64,000 nucleotides of DNA. It comes from Balanoglossus misakiensis. Taxonomy: Eukaryota > Animalia > Hemichordata. The stretch is taken from assembly GCA_040954595.2 (NCBI GenBank), contig CM082588.2, forward strand, positions 4,900,156-4,964,155. Reading direction: 5' to 3'. The notes under the pieces were generated by a model, which saw nothing but the letters and a program-made list of their open reading frames with translations, ran no database searches and had not been told where the DNA came from. A program made the translations under genes and the position numbers. Below, piece by piece: positions 63,422 to 64,000 of this stretch. Position 1 is the stretch's first letter. The number at the start of each line of letters is the position of its first letter.

Positions 63422-64000
63422 CTATCTTTGCAATGAAGTGTATTGATCTTCCTCTCGGGAATGTAAGTCTAACTTTTGATAATTTTCATGCTCGCTGGTT
63501 CCGCCTGAATTGGGGTTTTCATATGCACCATCTACGCTGTCTGGTATGTTAACCATTTGGAGATGTGAAGTATTCGCACCTTGAGGACACTTGTCCTGAC
63601 ATTCTTCGTAGTTGCTGTTAGCATGTGACGATGTGCCATCTGCACGCCTCTTTCTAATGATTATAAAGAGCCAACCGAACAATAGTGTCAGTAGTGACCC
63701 GAATACAAATGATCCCACTATGCCTCCGACCATCTGTGCTGTACTGTACGATGTGGAACATTTCCCCTGTACACACGGCAGACATTGTTCATTTAGATCG
63801 GTCGTTATGTGGCTTGTAACACTCTCCGCCCGTGTACCTGAAATTGTTGTTGTAGTGTCGTCTGTGGAATCTGTGGGTAGTACCAATTCTATGACACTTG
63901 TAGCAATACCTATACCGATCCCATTATCAGCAATGCACATGATTTCATGGTTCATTCCTTCACTGATGTCAAACCCCATAATCTCCAGAGTCATGTTATT
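63422..64000 (-). CDS. 3' part of an Ig-superfamily receptor with a C-terminal ITAM-like motif; N-terminus beyond the right edge
   Basis: Frame open to base 64000; Ig F/G strands HEIMCIADNGIG; T-rich stalk; TM MVGGIVGSFVFGSLLTLLFGWLFIII then RKRR; tail AYENP and ENYQKL-x9-YTSL. Confidence 0.8.
   Translation of the reverse strand, partial: NNMTLEIMGFDISEGMNHEIMCIADNGIGIGIATSVIELVLPTDSTDDTTTTISGTRAESVTSHITTDLNEQCLPCVQGKCSTSYSTAQMVGGIVGSFVFGSLLTLLFGWLFIIIRKRRADGTSSHANSNYEECQDKCPQGANTSHLQMVNIPDSVDGAYENPNSGGTSEHENYQKLDLHSREEDQYTSLQR

Overview
Intron-rich animal genomic DNA, most likely an invertebrate deuterostome (taxon is inference). It contains conserved spliced genes: a PMP22/EMP/claudin-family tetraspan gene, a GNAT acetyltransferase, mitochondrial Trp-tRNA synthetase WARS2, OSCP1 and two tandem SLC22 transporters. 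A ~13 kb non-coding repeat island (about 8.9-21.5 kb) holds long hairpins, a 42-48 bp minisatellite and a 6.5 kb array of a palindromic 88-bp satellite. The most notable content is six minus-strand, single-coding-exon membrane-protein genes of what looks like one immunoglobulin-superfamily receptor family with interchangeable tyrosine-motif tails. They are: a 4-Ig receptor cut by the left edge; a 4-Ig ITIM receptor; an ectodomain-less adaptor with a duplicated ITIM pair; two recently duplicated 3-Ig receptors with near-identical ectodomains but unrelated tails (three ITAM-like units in one, repeated YSxENIAYE units in the other); and an ITAM-like receptor cut by the right edge. This resembles an invertebrate paired activating/inhibitory immune receptor system. 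Exon models were built by hand from splice signals and reading-frame phase; no searches were run.
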